DNA from: a virus
Taxonomy: Duplodnaviria; Caudoviricetes
Reading direction: 5' to 3' (one strand)
Virus record (IMG/VR): IMGVR_UViG_3300033076_001145
Span: 128,001-192,000 of that record
Length of the DNA: 64,000 bases
The notes beneath the pieces were generated by a model. That model saw only the letters and a list, made by a program, of their open reading frames with translations, ran no database searches and had not been told where the DNA came from. Both the position numbers and the translations under genes were made by a program. Within the stretch, counting starts at the first letter, position 1. Every line of letters begins with the position of its first letter. Shown one piece after another: positions 10,412-21,786 of the stretch.

Positions 10412-11473
10412 TCATAGTTTTTTATATTCAGGTTTTAAATAATTCCATATTACTTTGTCAGTGCTCTTTCCATCCCACATCAAAAAACATAATGATTTTA
10501 TCTTTGGGTTGGTTTCACATTCTTGTAAATGTAAGGCAAATTCTTTCTTGGTTGGCTCAGGGTCTCTGTCTCCATACTTACCATAACGGAAGTATGAATA
10601 TATCTTGTAAGCATAATCCCCATAACGATAGTGATTATATCTTAAATCCGCAACATACATCTTTATCTTTTGGTAAAATTCGTCAGGAACATCTTTCAAT
10701 AATTCCAATACATCCTTACCCTCACTCAACATTTCCCATATCGCAGTGGTAGATACATTGGTCATTATTTTATGAAGACGAAGATACTCCTCACCCTTAA
10801 CTTTCATTCGGTCTCCGTTAGAGAAACGAACAACAAATCCTTCTTCGTCATTACCTATCATACCTTTCAATTCGGTATAATCCCGTATTCCATCATATTT
10901 TTTGACAACTTTGAAACCAAGATTAGATATTAAATTTTTCAATCTAACATCATTTCCTTCACCATGCAAATCAACTTCGTATCCAGTTTTGGTCTCTATC
11001 ATTCCAAGTAATACCAAATCTTCAAATGGATATTTCACCACTATACGATTTTCATTGTATATTATCTCAAACAAGTAAGTGTAACCTTTGTGAAGTTTCT
11101 CGTAGTCATAGTTCTTCAACATTTCAAATCCCTTAACCGCTTGGTCAGAAGTGAAAGACCCACGAGTTGCCATTATCCATTCACCTTCGTAATTGAATAA
11201 TATTCCTAAAGACCCATCCATCTTATCATAGACATCAAAGTCAGGAGTTGCGGTATGTTTCCCTTCTTCCATATTGAAGAATTTACGAAATGGTCGGGCG
11301 GCGACTGACCCATTTGCGTCAGTAACCAACCCGCGAGTTTGTAGGGTTACATCATCAAAAAGTCCTTCATACTGAACGGTCTCGGTGTAGTTCCATATAG
11401 TCAAAGGAAGAGTCGGATGTATTTGTTTATACACCAACCCTTCCTCAAAATATTTGTTTAGTATTTCGTTCAT
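10412..11473 (-). CDS. RNA ligase, T4 Rnl1-like
   Basis: RPFRKFFN, motif I KMDGSLG, FEII, EGFVV, MKVKGEEY. Confidence 0.88.
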   Translation of the reverse strand: MNEILNKYFEEGLVYKQIHPTLPLTIWNYTETVQYEGLFDDVTLQTRGLVTDANGSVAARPFRKFFNMEEGKHTATPDFDVYDKMDGSLGILFNYEGEWIMATRGSFTSDQAVKGFEMLKNYDYEKLHKGYTYLFEIIYNENRIVVKYPFEDLVLLGMIETKTGYEVDLHGEGNDVRLKNLISNLGFKVVKKYDGIRDYTELKGMIGNDEEGFVVRFSNGDRMKVKGEEYLRLHKIMTNVSTTAIWEMLSEGKDVLELLKDVPDEFYQKIKMYVADLRYNHYRYGDYAYKIYSYFRYGKYGDRDPEPTKKEFALHLQECETNPKIKSLCFLMWDGKSTDKVIWNYLKPEYKKL

Positions 11474-11782
11474 TTAACAAAGATACAAAAAAAGTTTGGA
11501 TAACCAAACTTTTATTTTACATTAATTGACACTGGGAATGATTCGCTTTTACCTTCCATAACATATATCGTATCACCTCCAATACGATATACATATAACC
11601 ATCCCGAGGAGACATTATATTTACCAATCACCACAATTTCTTTGTTAGGGTATGTCGATTCTTGCGGTGAAGCAACATTTTCATACCTATCATCTGCGGT
11701 ACGTTCATTAGAACAGGAGAATAAAAATGTGGCAATGATTACCAATAAGATAATTTTTTTCATTTGACAAAGATATAAAATA

Positions 11783-12169
11783 TTAACGATTTAGCAAATA
11801 ATAGTATGTTAAAAATAACTGACCGTAGTGTAACACTTGGTCAAACCCAACACTTACAAAGAAGTAATGGACTTTACCTGCGGACCACAACTTACTATTC
11901 AACCGACTGGTAAAGTAATCTGTGATGGTATGAACAACCAAAGTAATCATACCAAAATAAAGTGTTGTCCAAACAATCCATTCGGTAGTCGCACCTTCTT
12001 TCATCTTACCAAATACTAAACACATTGGTAATAACCAAACCAAAGAATAGTTTGACGTATGACTCAAGAGAGCAAAATTGTTTTTACTTTTGTTTTGGGC
12101 TTGCCAGTCAGTTTGTAATACAAAGTCGGCAATCCAATGAATAAAAATGATGATAAATGAAACTAACAT
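11783..12169 (-). CDS. DUF3307-like membrane protein
   Basis: HWIADFVLQ, H..TDY, GFDQVLH. Confidence 0.75.
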   Translation of the reverse strand: MLVSFIIIFIHWIADFVLQTDWQAQNKSKNNFALLSHTSNYSLVWLLPMCLVFGKMKEGATTEWIVWTTLYFGMITLVVHTITDYFTSRLNSKLWSAGKVHYFFVSVGFDQVLHYGQLFLTYYYLLNR

Positions 12170-12171
12170 AA

Positions 12172-12771
12172 TTAATCTAATGAATTTGGTAAGTATAATA
12201 AAGTTGGGTTTTTGCGCTGAATATCTATTTCAGGGAAATGTTTTGCAAATTCCATAACATCAAATCTATCAGTAATGAGATGATATCCGTTTTTGGTTGG
12301 GATGGTCGCATAAATCTTATTACCTTCGGGACGGCATCTATTAATAACTCTCATAACATTCAAACGGAAGTTATCATCTTTGTTATCAACATCAACAATC
12401 CATCTTTTTTCGTGAGTTTTAATTTGTCCTACAACTGAATCAAACAATCCTTTCTGAATGTGTTGTCCGTTTCTAATTCTTTCAGCTAAAGACATCATCA
12501 TTTCTAACGATACATCCTTATGATTTTGTTTTTGGACATGGATATACGCCCGAGCTTTAAACATCTCACAAAGTTGTTTAATCTCATCGTATCGTTTGTC
12601 CAAATACTCAACACTATCAACACAATAAGTTTTGATAGTTCTTACTGACTGGTGATTGTCTCTCTCACCTTCAGGTTGGTCTTTCTTTCTTTTGAAAACA
12701 TAGAGCATATAGAAGTCACCTTCATTCTCAAAGTTCAAAAGTTGTTTTATTTGTTCTAAATTGTCAATCAT
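12172..12771 (-). CDS. Hypothetical phage protein (primase/polymerase-like motifs)
   Basis: WIVDVD and TKNGYHLI motifs reminiscent of AEP-like folds. Confidence 0.45.
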   Translation of the reverse strand: MIDNLEQIKQLLNFENEGDFYMLYVFKRKKDQPEGERDNHQSVRTIKTYCVDSVEYLDKRYDEIKQLCEMFKARAYIHVQKQNHKDVSLEMMMSLAERIRNGQHIQKGLFDSVVGQIKTHEKRWIVDVDNKDDNFRLNVMRVINRCRPEGNKIYATIPTKNGYHLITDRFDVMEFAKHFPEIDIQRKNPTLLYLPNSLD

Positions 12772-12772
12772 T

Positions 12773-13099
12773 TTAGTATAAGTCTTCTGAGAATAATCCT
12801 ATTAATGGGTTGTATAGTTTATCATATTCTACTTGTCCAGCATCAATTGCAATTCTCATTGCTTCAAATCTGTCGTAGAATTTATTAAGGTTAGATAAAA
12901 AACCTTGTTCATAATCACCAACAGCGTCAGGACCATTAATCACACTTCGTAATTGTCCGAGTGTTTTCATTATGTCAATACAATGTCCGTGACGATGACC
13001 ACAAACAACAATACCTTTATCAATATTCTTTGGTAGGAATGTTTGGGTCGGTAAGTCTTTATACCATATCGCCGAACAGGTGATGTATTCCTTAGTCAT
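12773..13099 (-). CDS. Hypothetical phage protein
   Basis: GHRH...QGFL...LFSEDLY motif pattern. Confidence 0.55.
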   Translation of the reverse strand: MTKEYITCSAIWYKDLPTQTFLPKNIDKGIVVCGHRHGHCIDIMKTLGQLRSVINGPDAVGDYEQGFLSNLNKFYDRFEAMRIAIDAGQVEYDKLYNPLIGLFSEDLY

Positions 13100-13471
13100 T
13101 TTTATTCCAAGGTTGGTTCTTATGCTTACGCTTACGAGTATAGTCCTTCTTACTCTTTTGGATGATTGGTCGAGTTGCCATCCATATCTCTTGCATTGTT
13201 ACTTCTATAGTTTTCATCGTAGTATTTTTTTATCTGTTAGTATTCCTTAATTGTCTTTGACAAAGATAAGGCAAAATCAACGGTTACACAAATTTTTATG
13301 TAAAAAATCCCCACAAATATTTGCAGGGATTTCATAATCTTTCGTCTGACTCTACGGTTGGTAGGGTTTAAGACCAACTTACCCACTTGGAACCACTTAT
13401 TTGTGTTTGGAGGATGGGACATATACATTCCCTGGCTCACTCATAAATCCAAGACTTTGATAATAAATATC

Positions 13472-13864
13472 TTAAAGTTTAACCTCAAACCTGTTTTTCA
13501 TGATTTGAACCTTATCCTCAGGAACCCCATGTAAGTTTTCTCCACCGTGTCTGTTTTCAACAATCACTGAAAATACAGTGTAACCATAGGTTTTGGCCAT
13601 ATCGTAATAAGGTTTCATTTCCCAATCTTGTGTGAATGTGTTTGACACAGCAACCTTTTCGTGTTGGTTAAACATTTCATCCTCAACCATTTCCTGACAC
13701 CAAGCGTGAGCATCTTTAATCTTTGACCCATCAAAGTTATATACACCTTGTTTATTAACAAAAAACATATCAGCTTCAAACACAGGACAACCAAGTGACT
13801 GAGCAAATGTGGTCTTACCACTTCCTGGTATTCCTCTAACTATATATAATACTTTATTCATCAT
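13472..13864 (-). CDS. P-loop kinase (AAA_33 / polynucleotide kinase-like)
   Basis: RGIPGSGKTT Walker A, EAD, VSNT, HGVP. Confidence 0.85.
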   Translation of the reverse strand: MMNKVLYIVRGIPGSGKTTFAQSLGCPVFEADMFFVNKQGVYNFDGSKIKDAHAWCQEMVEDEMFNQHEKVAVSNTFTQDWEMKPYYDMAKTYGYTVFSVIVENRHGGENLHGVPEDKVQIMKNRFEVKL

Positions 13865-14482
13865 AATCTTCAGGCATTTCAGATATTACATTCTTCTTCC
13901 ACCACTTTGCAAATTTACTATCTTTAAACTTACCAGTCAAATATTCTCCAAGAATAATTAATCCAATAAGGAATATAACAATGACGATACTGATGAATAA
14001 AAAAGCCTTTAAAAAGAAAAACATATTATCGGTATTTGTTATAAAGGTTATTAATAATTTCAAGTTCCTCTTCAGTCATTGAATAATACTTTGATGATAA
14101 GGTATGGAGTTTTCCCATAAATTCTTCCTCCATTTTACTTAACTTATCGTCATAACCAGGAATAAGCGGGTGTTTGGATAAATGTCCGTCTTCAATCAAG
14201 GCATTAATCAGTTCTTTAATTTCTCTACCAGAACATTCTGATACAAATTCGTCAATATCAATATCCACATCAACATCAACATTATAAACTGTGAAATTTG
14301 GCATAGTTTTTATTTTTTATTAATTAAATAAGCAATTGCAGTTTTTGGTATATTAGGATAATTTTGGTTAATCCACTCATGAATATTGACAGGTCCAACT
14401 CCCATATCTAAAATATTAAAGTTCTTGTCGGTCCTTTGTATAAGTTCAATTCTTTGTTCAACAGTCAGATTAACCTCAATTA

Positions 14483-14938
14483 TCATACAGTATGTGGTAT
14501 TGTGTGTCTTACACAGGTTTGCGGTTTTCCTTCGTTCATCCAAAAGTTATTGATGTAACCCATAATGTTAGCAGACCCGATAGGATTAGCAGAGTGGGTT
14601 AATACGATTGGGAACATTACAGGTTCTTTCTTCCTATCAAAGTAACCCATTTCCAATCTTTCAGGATATTGGGAATAAAATTCATCCACCAAGAACTTAG
14701 CTGCGTCGTATCCAGTCTTCTCACTGATGTTGTTGTAGTCCAACTTGAAGTTAGGTGACACATTGGAGTGATACTCATTCATTGCGCTGTCACCCAAGTC
14801 GTGGTCCAAAGAAATGGTTCCAATATTTTTCAAACCTAATTTCTGAACCAAATTAACAAACTCGTGATAGTTTCTTACAACCATCCAGTCTTTGTCCTTT
14901 GGTGTGCGGACATCATCCAAATAAATTTTATGTATCAT
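14483..14938 (-). CDS. Cyclic-phosphate-processing receiver-like domain protein
   Basis: IYLDDVR, SLDHDLG, TGYD, HSANPIG motifs. Confidence 0.75.
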   Translation of the reverse strand: MIHKIYLDDVRTPKDKDWMVVRNYHEFVNLVQKLGLKNIGTISLDHDLGDSAMNEYHSNVSPNFKLDYNNISEKTGYDAAKFLVDEFYSQYPERLEMGYFDRKKEPVMFPIVLTHSANPIGSANIMGYINNFWMNEGKPQTCVRHTIPHTV

Positions 14939-16568
14939 TTTATTTATTTCTTAAATTATCAAAAGCTTCGTCCAACCTTACTTTACCAACATTCATCCCC
15001 CACATTTCAAACACAAAGAAGAATAACCACCAATCGTAATCAATCAGTTCAGTGATTTTCACACCACCAAAGACTGAATACAATAGAATAAACAAGAAGT
15101 ATAGTGGTATTAAAACATATACCACCACCCAAAACCAATTAAAGAATTTTTTCATATATTATATTTTTTACAAAGATAGATTTTTTTGATTGAACTTCCA
15201 AATTTTATTTCAATTTGATTTCAACATTTGTTTTAAAGTCAGGTTTGTTATTAATGTGATACATTATAGATGTGTCGACGGAAAATACTTTATTACTAAC
15301 ACTATCTTCCCACACAAAATAAACCTTAACCGAGTCTCCGATTGGTTGGTAGGCCACGGGGTGTGCCATTCTTGTTTCCTGTCTCTTTGGTTTTTTTGTA
15401 GTTGATGATACTGCAATCATAAACATTAAAAAACTGAAGAGTATTAAAAGGATAATTTCTCTGTATTTATTCTTTTCCATATCATTCATCTATACAAGAA
15501 TACATCCAAGCATAATCATTATATTCTATGGCAATAAACACTCCCTCAGTTCCTTTAATCGGACCCATATATAAATTACACTTAATTCCGTTATCATCAG
15601 ACATTCTATATTGGACCCCATCAACAGTCTCATTTAATTTTGCGATGACATGATAATGTTGTAATGTTTTACTATAAACAAAAACATCATTTTCTTTAAT
15701 CTCGATTAAGATGTTACACTCACTAGGAGAACCATTCCAAACAATTTCATTTGTTGTGAAATCTCTATGACCATATGTGAATAAAAGTGCTCGAGCATGA
15801 GCGGTCTGAGCAATTGTTGTTAAAGTTAAAAACAACAATGTAAAGAGGGTTATTAGTTTTTTCATTTGACAAATATACAAATTAATAATGTAAATCCAAA
15901 TAAAGATTGTTATCATCTTTATATTTTACACAACTCCAAGCAGGATGATATTGTTCTTTCAAATCGTCAGTTAATTCTTCAATGAATTTTGAAGGGTCTT
16001 CCATATCATACTTTGGGTGTTCTCCGTTTTTTCTTCGACGGATTTCTTCTTCCATTCGGATATTATTCTCCTTACTCATATGATAATGATACCCTTCTTT
16101 CAATACAACACCCCATCCGTTCTTCTCATAATACCTATCCTCAACTCTTTGGGTTAGGACAAGAGCATCGTCAGGTAGTTCGGGATGTTGTTCCAAAAAC
16201 TTTTTAAGTCGTCCCACAGTAAGATAATCCTTATATCTACTTAGGTCTTCAATTACATTTATTTTCTTATCAGTATCCATAGTCCAAAATCAAAACATAA
16301 AAAATTAATTCCGATATTATATCTAGTTCCGTAACTCTTGGTTAGGAATGGTGTCGGTATCAAAACAACTTGTTTAAAATCTTTATCCCAAGTTGTAAAA
16401 AAGAATGGTATTATTTTCATATTATTCCTAGTTTTTGTCTTAAATGTTTTGCCTTTTCTCTTAATGGTTGATACACATCATCATTACTTGCTTTATGTCC
16501 CTGAAATACTGCTCTGGTACATATAGTTTCAATCCTGATGATTTCACTTATCATTTCTTGGTCTGTCA

Positions 16569-17327
16569 TTACGATAGGTATTTTGATAAATTAATCGCAG
16601 CTTGTTTAGATTGTCTCCAACTTTTGATAACTTCTTTACCTCTTAGGTTAAACGGCATAACAGCTTTAATTCCGTCACCATAGATATATTTTTTATCAAA
16701 GTCGTCACCCATTTTGTATGACTTTTTATATTTTTTCCAATACTTGTCAAACTCTTTTTTATCGTAGTCCTCAACAACTGGATTATAATCTTCTTCAAAC
16801 AATCTATCACCAATCTTGAATGTTGCACCTCCACGATGAGTGTAGCCATAGTATCCAACAACATCATTATCCGGAACTAAATCAATTGAATGATATTTTA
16901 TACCATACCTTTTGAAGTAGTTATTTTCTTTTAGTTGGATTGCCGCTCCATGTGGGTAGTCCTCACATACAACAAGATTATTATTGTAATACCACCAAGC
17001 GGTTTTAATGTCCCCAATATAAAGTCCATCCTCTGTCAAAAAAGAGTTCTCCAAAGTATATTCACCCTCGTTACCAAATTTATGAGTTCCAATAACACCG
17101 CCTGTGTATTTTTCAATCAGTTCAATCTTCTTGGGGTCAATGTTACTTGGTCCTCCTTCCATTACCTGTCTTGGTATCATACGAGACACCAACTTGGTAA
17201 ATCCAAGATTGAGATGAACTTTATTTAATACGCCGCTTTGACTACCTGAATAGTACGGGTATTTCTCAAACTTGAGAATTAATTTACCAAGATATGGTGT
17301 TGTGTTTTTAATTAACTTTTCTATCAT
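16569..17327 (-). CDS. Hypothetical protein
   Basis: 252-aa ORF. Confidence 0.6.
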   Translation of the reverse strand: MIEKLIKNTTPYLGKLILKFEKYPYYSGSQSGVLNKVHLNLGFTKLVSRMIPRQVMEGGPSNIDPKKIELIEKYTGGVIGTHKFGNEGEYTLENSFLTEDGLYIGDIKTAWWYYNNNLVVCEDYPHGAAIQLKENNYFKRYGIKYHSIDLVPDNDVVGYYGYTHRGGATFKIGDRLFEEDYNPVVEDYDKKEFDKYWKKYKKSYKMGDDFDKKYIYGDGIKAVMPFNLRGKEVIKSWRQSKQAAINLSKYLS

Positions 17328-17567
17328 TATCGTATGTTTCTTAAACTCATTATTTTTGTCTCCGAGAATGGGTAATACTCTGCCGAAATTATCTGACCAG
17401 TAGTATCAATCACTATAAAGTCATACCCTTGTTGTTGTATTAGCCCTGTCGCCGGCTCAATCTTACAATTAGGATAAACCGATTGTAGATGTGATTGTCG
17501 TTTAGTTTGGTCCGCACAACTCATAAGTCCTATTGAAAGTGCGAGTATTAATAGTTTGTTTTTCATA

Positions 17568-18266
17568 TTATTTATCAGAGTTTAATAATCTTTCAAGGTG
17601 GTGGTCGTCAGGCATATCTGACAACAGCTCACGATTTTTCATTAGTGGGACAATCTCCCTCAACAAATTATAAGGGCGAAATTCAGGATGTCCATCAAAT
17701 CCCACATCCATTTTCTTTCCATTACCAAACTTTCTTTCATTTGGTAAATGAACATGCCCGTGTAAGTGAATTACACCTTTATTCATACCATCCCAACTTT
17801 GGATTGGGTAGTGCATACATACGAACTCTTGTCTTTTGGTTTCACCTTTTTTGATTGGTTCCATCACCACAATCCGTAGGTATTCTGAAACAGAACTAAA
17901 GATTGATTGTATGTTCTCCCTGTTTCTCTCAATGTGGTGGTCGTGGTTACCCAAAACCAAATGGACATTCTTACACACAATTCTATCACGGAATTGTTTG
18001 ATGAACTCAAATCCACCAAATGACCAGTCACCAAGACAAATCAATACATCATCCTGTCCGACATTCCAATTAATCCCATCAAGAATTGCTTGGTTCATTC
18101 TTTCAAGTGTATCAAAGTCACGAGTTTGGTCAACAGGGACCTCACCATCAAGTGTTCTCCAGTTGGTAGTTCCACGACAAATGTTTTTGTGGTTGTAGTG
18201 CGGGTCAGAACATATCCAAATGTTTGGGAATACTCCTTTTATATCTTGTTCAATTTTTAATATCAT
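17568..18266 (-). CDS. Calcineurin-like phosphoesterase
   Basis: SDPH, LGD, GNHD, HYP, HGHVH, DVG. Confidence 0.9.
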   Translation of the reverse strand: MILKIEQDIKGVFPNIWICSDPHYNHKNICRGTTNWRTLDGEVPVDQTRDFDTLERMNQAILDGINWNVGQDDVLICLGDWSFGGFEFIKQFRDRIVCKNVHLVLGNHDHHIERNRENIQSIFSSVSEYLRIVVMEPIKKGETKRQEFVCMHYPIQSWDGMNKGVIHLHGHVHLPNERKFGNGKKMDVGFDGHPEFRPYNLLREIVPLMKNRELLSDMPDDHHLERLLNSDK

Positions 18267-18283
18267 AGTGCAAAGATAATGTA

Positions 18284-18676
18284 TTAAACCTCTTCTTCCT
18301 CAAAATATTTTATTAATTTACTTGCAGTCGCATAATTTGTTGCGATTGGTGTGTCATGAACATTACAAAGTCTAAGTAACATCTGAACATCAACCTCATG
18401 TGGGTGTGATGACAACGGGTCCATAAAGAATATTACACAATCAATTTCTTTGGTAACAATCTTTGACGCAATTTGAGCATCCCCACCCATTGGCCCTGAC
18501 AAAAATCTTTCAACATTAAGTCCAGCAAACTCAATATGTTTTCCTGTTGTTCCAGTTGCAAGAATGTGAGCGTTGTGTTTGAAGAAATCTAGTCGTTTCA
18601 TAATGAAGGCAACCATGTCAGCCTTCTTGTTGTCGTGAGCGATTACCGCAATATTTAATTTATTAATCTTTTTCAT
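18284..18676 (-). CDS. mgsA: Methylglyoxal synthase
   Basis: IAHDNKK, ATGTTG, SGPMGGDAQI, DPLSSHPHEVDV, ATN. Confidence 0.95.
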   Translation of the reverse strand: MKKINKLNIAVIAHDNKKADMVAFIMKRLDFFKHNAHILATGTTGKHIEFAGLNVERFLSGPMGGDAQIASKIVTKEIDCVIFFMDPLSSHPHEVDVQMLLRLCNVHDTPIATNYATASKLIKYFEEEEV

Positions 18677-19403
18677 AATATTAAAAAGTTACAAGGGTTC
18701 CAATTTATTTTATCCCTTTAACAGGTCTTTATTTTTTTTGATATCAAAATAGGTATCAATTAATTTATCAATTCGTTTGTCAGTATATGAGTTGGACTCC
18801 TTAATAGAGTCGGAAACTTTGGTGTCCATACCTCTCCATATATCTACCAATTGTCTTTCCAATCTGTCATTATATTCCCTAAAATCAGATTGAATGTTTT
18901 GTCTTTCACTATCAATACGACGAGTAGTATATTCAATTTCCTGAGAAATTGTCCTCAATAATCCTTGAATATCTTCTCTCAGATTTCCAATTTCTGTTTG
19001 TTGTTTGTTAATCTTAAACATACCCCAAGTAATTACCCCAATAAAAATTAGAGCAAAAACCGAGAGCATACCTAAAACAAAATAAGTTGTTTCCATAATA
19101 TTTTCTCCTTTATTTCAAAGAACCCTTGTAACTTCTAAGAAAATATAATAAAGGAATTTTAACTAATCAACCAGATTAATATATCAATAATACTCATTAC
19201 GAAAAATGCAATCGTAAATTCACCAAAGAGACCAATCAGTTCAATTTCAAAATCAATATAATAAACTTTTTTCTTATAATAATTCCAAAACCTAACAAAG
19301 AAAGTCACAAATAGACACTGAAGGATAAAGTTCGTCATTTTACAAATATAAACAAAAAACCCCACCTAATAAAGATGGGGTTTTCAACAATTATGTTTTA
19401 GTA

Positions 19404-21275
19404 TTATTTAACTTCCTCAAAATCTACATCATTCACCTCAGCGTCCTGACCATTCATATTCTCAGTCATTTCTTGTACTTGTGAGTAAATCTTTTCAGAT
19501 ACCTTTTGGAAAGATGTATTAACTTTCTCCATACCTTCTTTGATTTTCTCAATGTCCTTTGATGAATGAGCTGACTTTAGTTCGTCAATTGCCGATGTCA
19601 ATTCAGTCTTTTCTTCTTCTGACAACTTATCTTCCAAATCTTTCATTGTCTTTTCAGTTTGGAAAATTAATCCGTCAGCTTGGTTGATTACCTCAGCATC
19701 TTCTTTGGCTTTCTTGTCAGCATCTGCGTTCATTTCAGCTTCTTGTTTCATTCTTTCAATTTCGTCTTTTGAAAGTCCTGATGACGCTTCAATGCGAATG
19801 TTTTGTTGTTTGTTGGTTCCCTTATCAATTGCCGATACATTAATAATACCATTAGCATCAATGTCAAACACAACTTCAATTTGTGGAACACCTCTCATTG
19901 CCGGTGGAAGACCATCCAAGTGGAAACGACCAATGGTTCGGTTGTCTCTAGCCATTGCTCTTTCTCCCTGTAACACATGGATTTCAACTGATGGTTGGTT
20001 ATCAACTGCGGTTGAGAATACTTGTGATTTCTTGGTTGGGATTGTCGTGTTTGATTCAATCAACTTTGTGAATACTCCACCCATTGTTTCAATACCAAGT
20101 GATAGTGGTGTAACATCTAACAACAATACATCCTTAACATCACCGGCCAATACTCCGCCTTGGATTGCCGCTCCAAGAGCAACTACCTCATCAGGATTAA
20201 CACCCTTTGATGGTTCCTTACCAAAGAATTTCTTAACCGCTTCTTGGATTGCTGGAATACGAGTTGAACCTCCAACCAAAATGATTTCGTCAATTTCTCC
20301 AACTGTAAGGTTTGCGTTTGCCATAGCTTTCTTACAAGGTTCAATTGTTCTTTGAACCAAACTATCAACAAGTTGTTCAAACTTTGCCTTTGTCAATGTT
20401 CTAACCAAGTGTTTTGGAACACCATCAACTGGCATAATGTATGGTAAGTTGATTTCAGTTGAAGGTGAAGATGACAATTCAATCTTTGCCTTCTCAGCCC
20501 CTTCACGAAGTCTTTGTAACGCCATTGGGTCTTTGGTTAAATCCAATCCATTCTCGTCTTGGAATTCTTTTACTAACCAATCAACAATTGCTTGGTCAAA
20601 GTCATCACCACCCAAGTGAGTGTCTCCGTCTGTTGCCAGTACCTCAAACACACCGTCACCAAGTTCCAATACAGATACATCGTGAGTTCCACCACCACAG
20701 TCAAATACCACAACTTTTAAATCTTTTGATTGTTTGTCTAAACCATATGATAGACATGCTGCGGTTGGTTCGTTGATAAGTCTCAATACTTTAAGACCTG
20801 CAATTTCAGCAGCTTCCTTTGTTGCTTGTCTTTGTGAGTCATTGAAGTATGCTGGAACTGTAATAACAGCTTCAGTAACTTCACTTCCCAAATAATCTTC
20901 AGCCGTTTGTTTCATCTTTTGTAAAACCATTGCTGAGATTTCTTGTGGAGAATATTTTCTTCCCTCAATATCTACTCTTGGTGTATCTCCCTCACCTTTA
21001 ACTACCTTATATGGAACACGCTTAACTTCACCTTTACTTTCGGTGAAACTTGTTCCCATAAATCGTTTGATTGAATAAATTGTTTTATCTGGGTTTGTAA
21101 CCGCTTGTCTTTTCGCTGGGTCACCAACCTTTCTCTCACCATCTTTAACGAAACCCACAATTGAAGGTGTGGTTCTTTTACCTTCACTGTTTGTAATTAC
21201 GATAGGCTCTGAGCCTTCCATGATTGCGACACACGAATTTGTTGTGCCTAAATCCACGCCAATTATTTTTCCCAT
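19404..21275 (-). CDS. dnaK: Chaperone DnaK (Hsp70)
   Basis: [52 protein letters not shown]. Confidence 0.98.
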   Translation of the reverse strand: MGKIIGVDLGTTNSCVAIMEGSEPIVITNSEGKRTTPSIVGFVKDGERKVGDPAKRQAVTNPDKTIYSIKRFMGTSFTESKGEVKRVPYKVVKGEGDTPRVDIEGRKYSPQEISAMVLQKMKQTAEDYLGSEVTEAVITVPAYFNDSQRQATKEAAEIAGLKVLRLINEPTAACLSYGLDKQSKDLKVVVFDCGGGTHDVSVLELGDGVFEVLATDGDTHLGGDDFDQAIVDWLVKEFQDENGLDLTKDPMALQRLREGAEKAKIELSSSPSTEINLPYIMPVDGVPKHLVRTLTKAKFEQLVDSLVQRTIEPCKKAMANANLTVGEIDEIILVGGSTRIPAIQEAVKKFFGKEPSKGVNPDEVVALGAAIQGGVLAGDVKDVLLLDVTPLSLGIETMGGVFTKLIESNTTIPTKKSQVFSTAVDNQPSVEIHVLQGERAMARDNRTIGRFHLDGLPPAMRGVPQIEVVFDIDANGIINVSAIDKGTNKQQNIRIEASSGLSKDEIERMKQEAEMNADADKKAKEDAEVINQADGLIFQTEKTMKDLEDKLSEEEKTELTSAIDELKSAHSSKDIEKIKEGMEKVNTSFQKVSEKIYSQVQEMTENMNGQDAEVNDVDFEEVK

Positions 21276-21393
21276 AGTTTAACTTAATTTTGTTTAATTA
21301 TATAAAATTTATTTTATGGAGTCAAATCCGAAACCCCATTATTAAACAATGTGCCAATACAAAAAAACTGACATTCTGTCAGTTTATTAGAAA

Positions 21394-21786
21394 TTAAAAA
21401 TCAAAACTTTTTATATCAATGTCAGATAATTCAGGGAAATTGTGTTCAAACCACACTCTAAATGGGTCATGCCAAAGTGACCCAAAAGTACTAGTTAGTT
21501 CTCTACTATATGGTTTATAAAGAGAAATAAGTGGTGAGTTTTCAATTAAATCAACACCTTTATCCCAATAATTGGGTAAATAAATCCTAAAAATTAAACT
21601 ATAATTACCATCATAAACACTTATCGCCGTAGTTTTGTTAGTTCTCTTGTCTCCATGGTATAAATCCCCATCTTCATCAGGGTCACTATATTCAACCCTT
21701 GTTTCTTCAGGCATTAAATCTTCAATATAATCATAGATTAGATTAAACATTCTTGCTTCTTGGGAACTGTTTATTTTAATCTTCAT
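21394..21786 (-). CDS. Distant member of the FSYLD/WVEN paralog family
   Basis: IYDYIE...ELTSTFG...WFEHNF pattern; MKIKINSSQ leader. Confidence 0.5.
   Translation of the reverse strand: MKIKINSSQEARMFNLIYDYIEDLMPEETRVEYSDPDEDGDLYHGDKRTNKTTAISVYDGNYSLIFRIYLPNYWDKGVDLIENSPLISLYKPYSRELTSTFGSLWHDPFRVWFEHNFPELSDIDIKSFDF

Noticed and set aside
19684-20355. 223-aa + strand ORF
   Set aside because: Antisense shadow of dnaK, a well-known artefact of hsp70 codon structure
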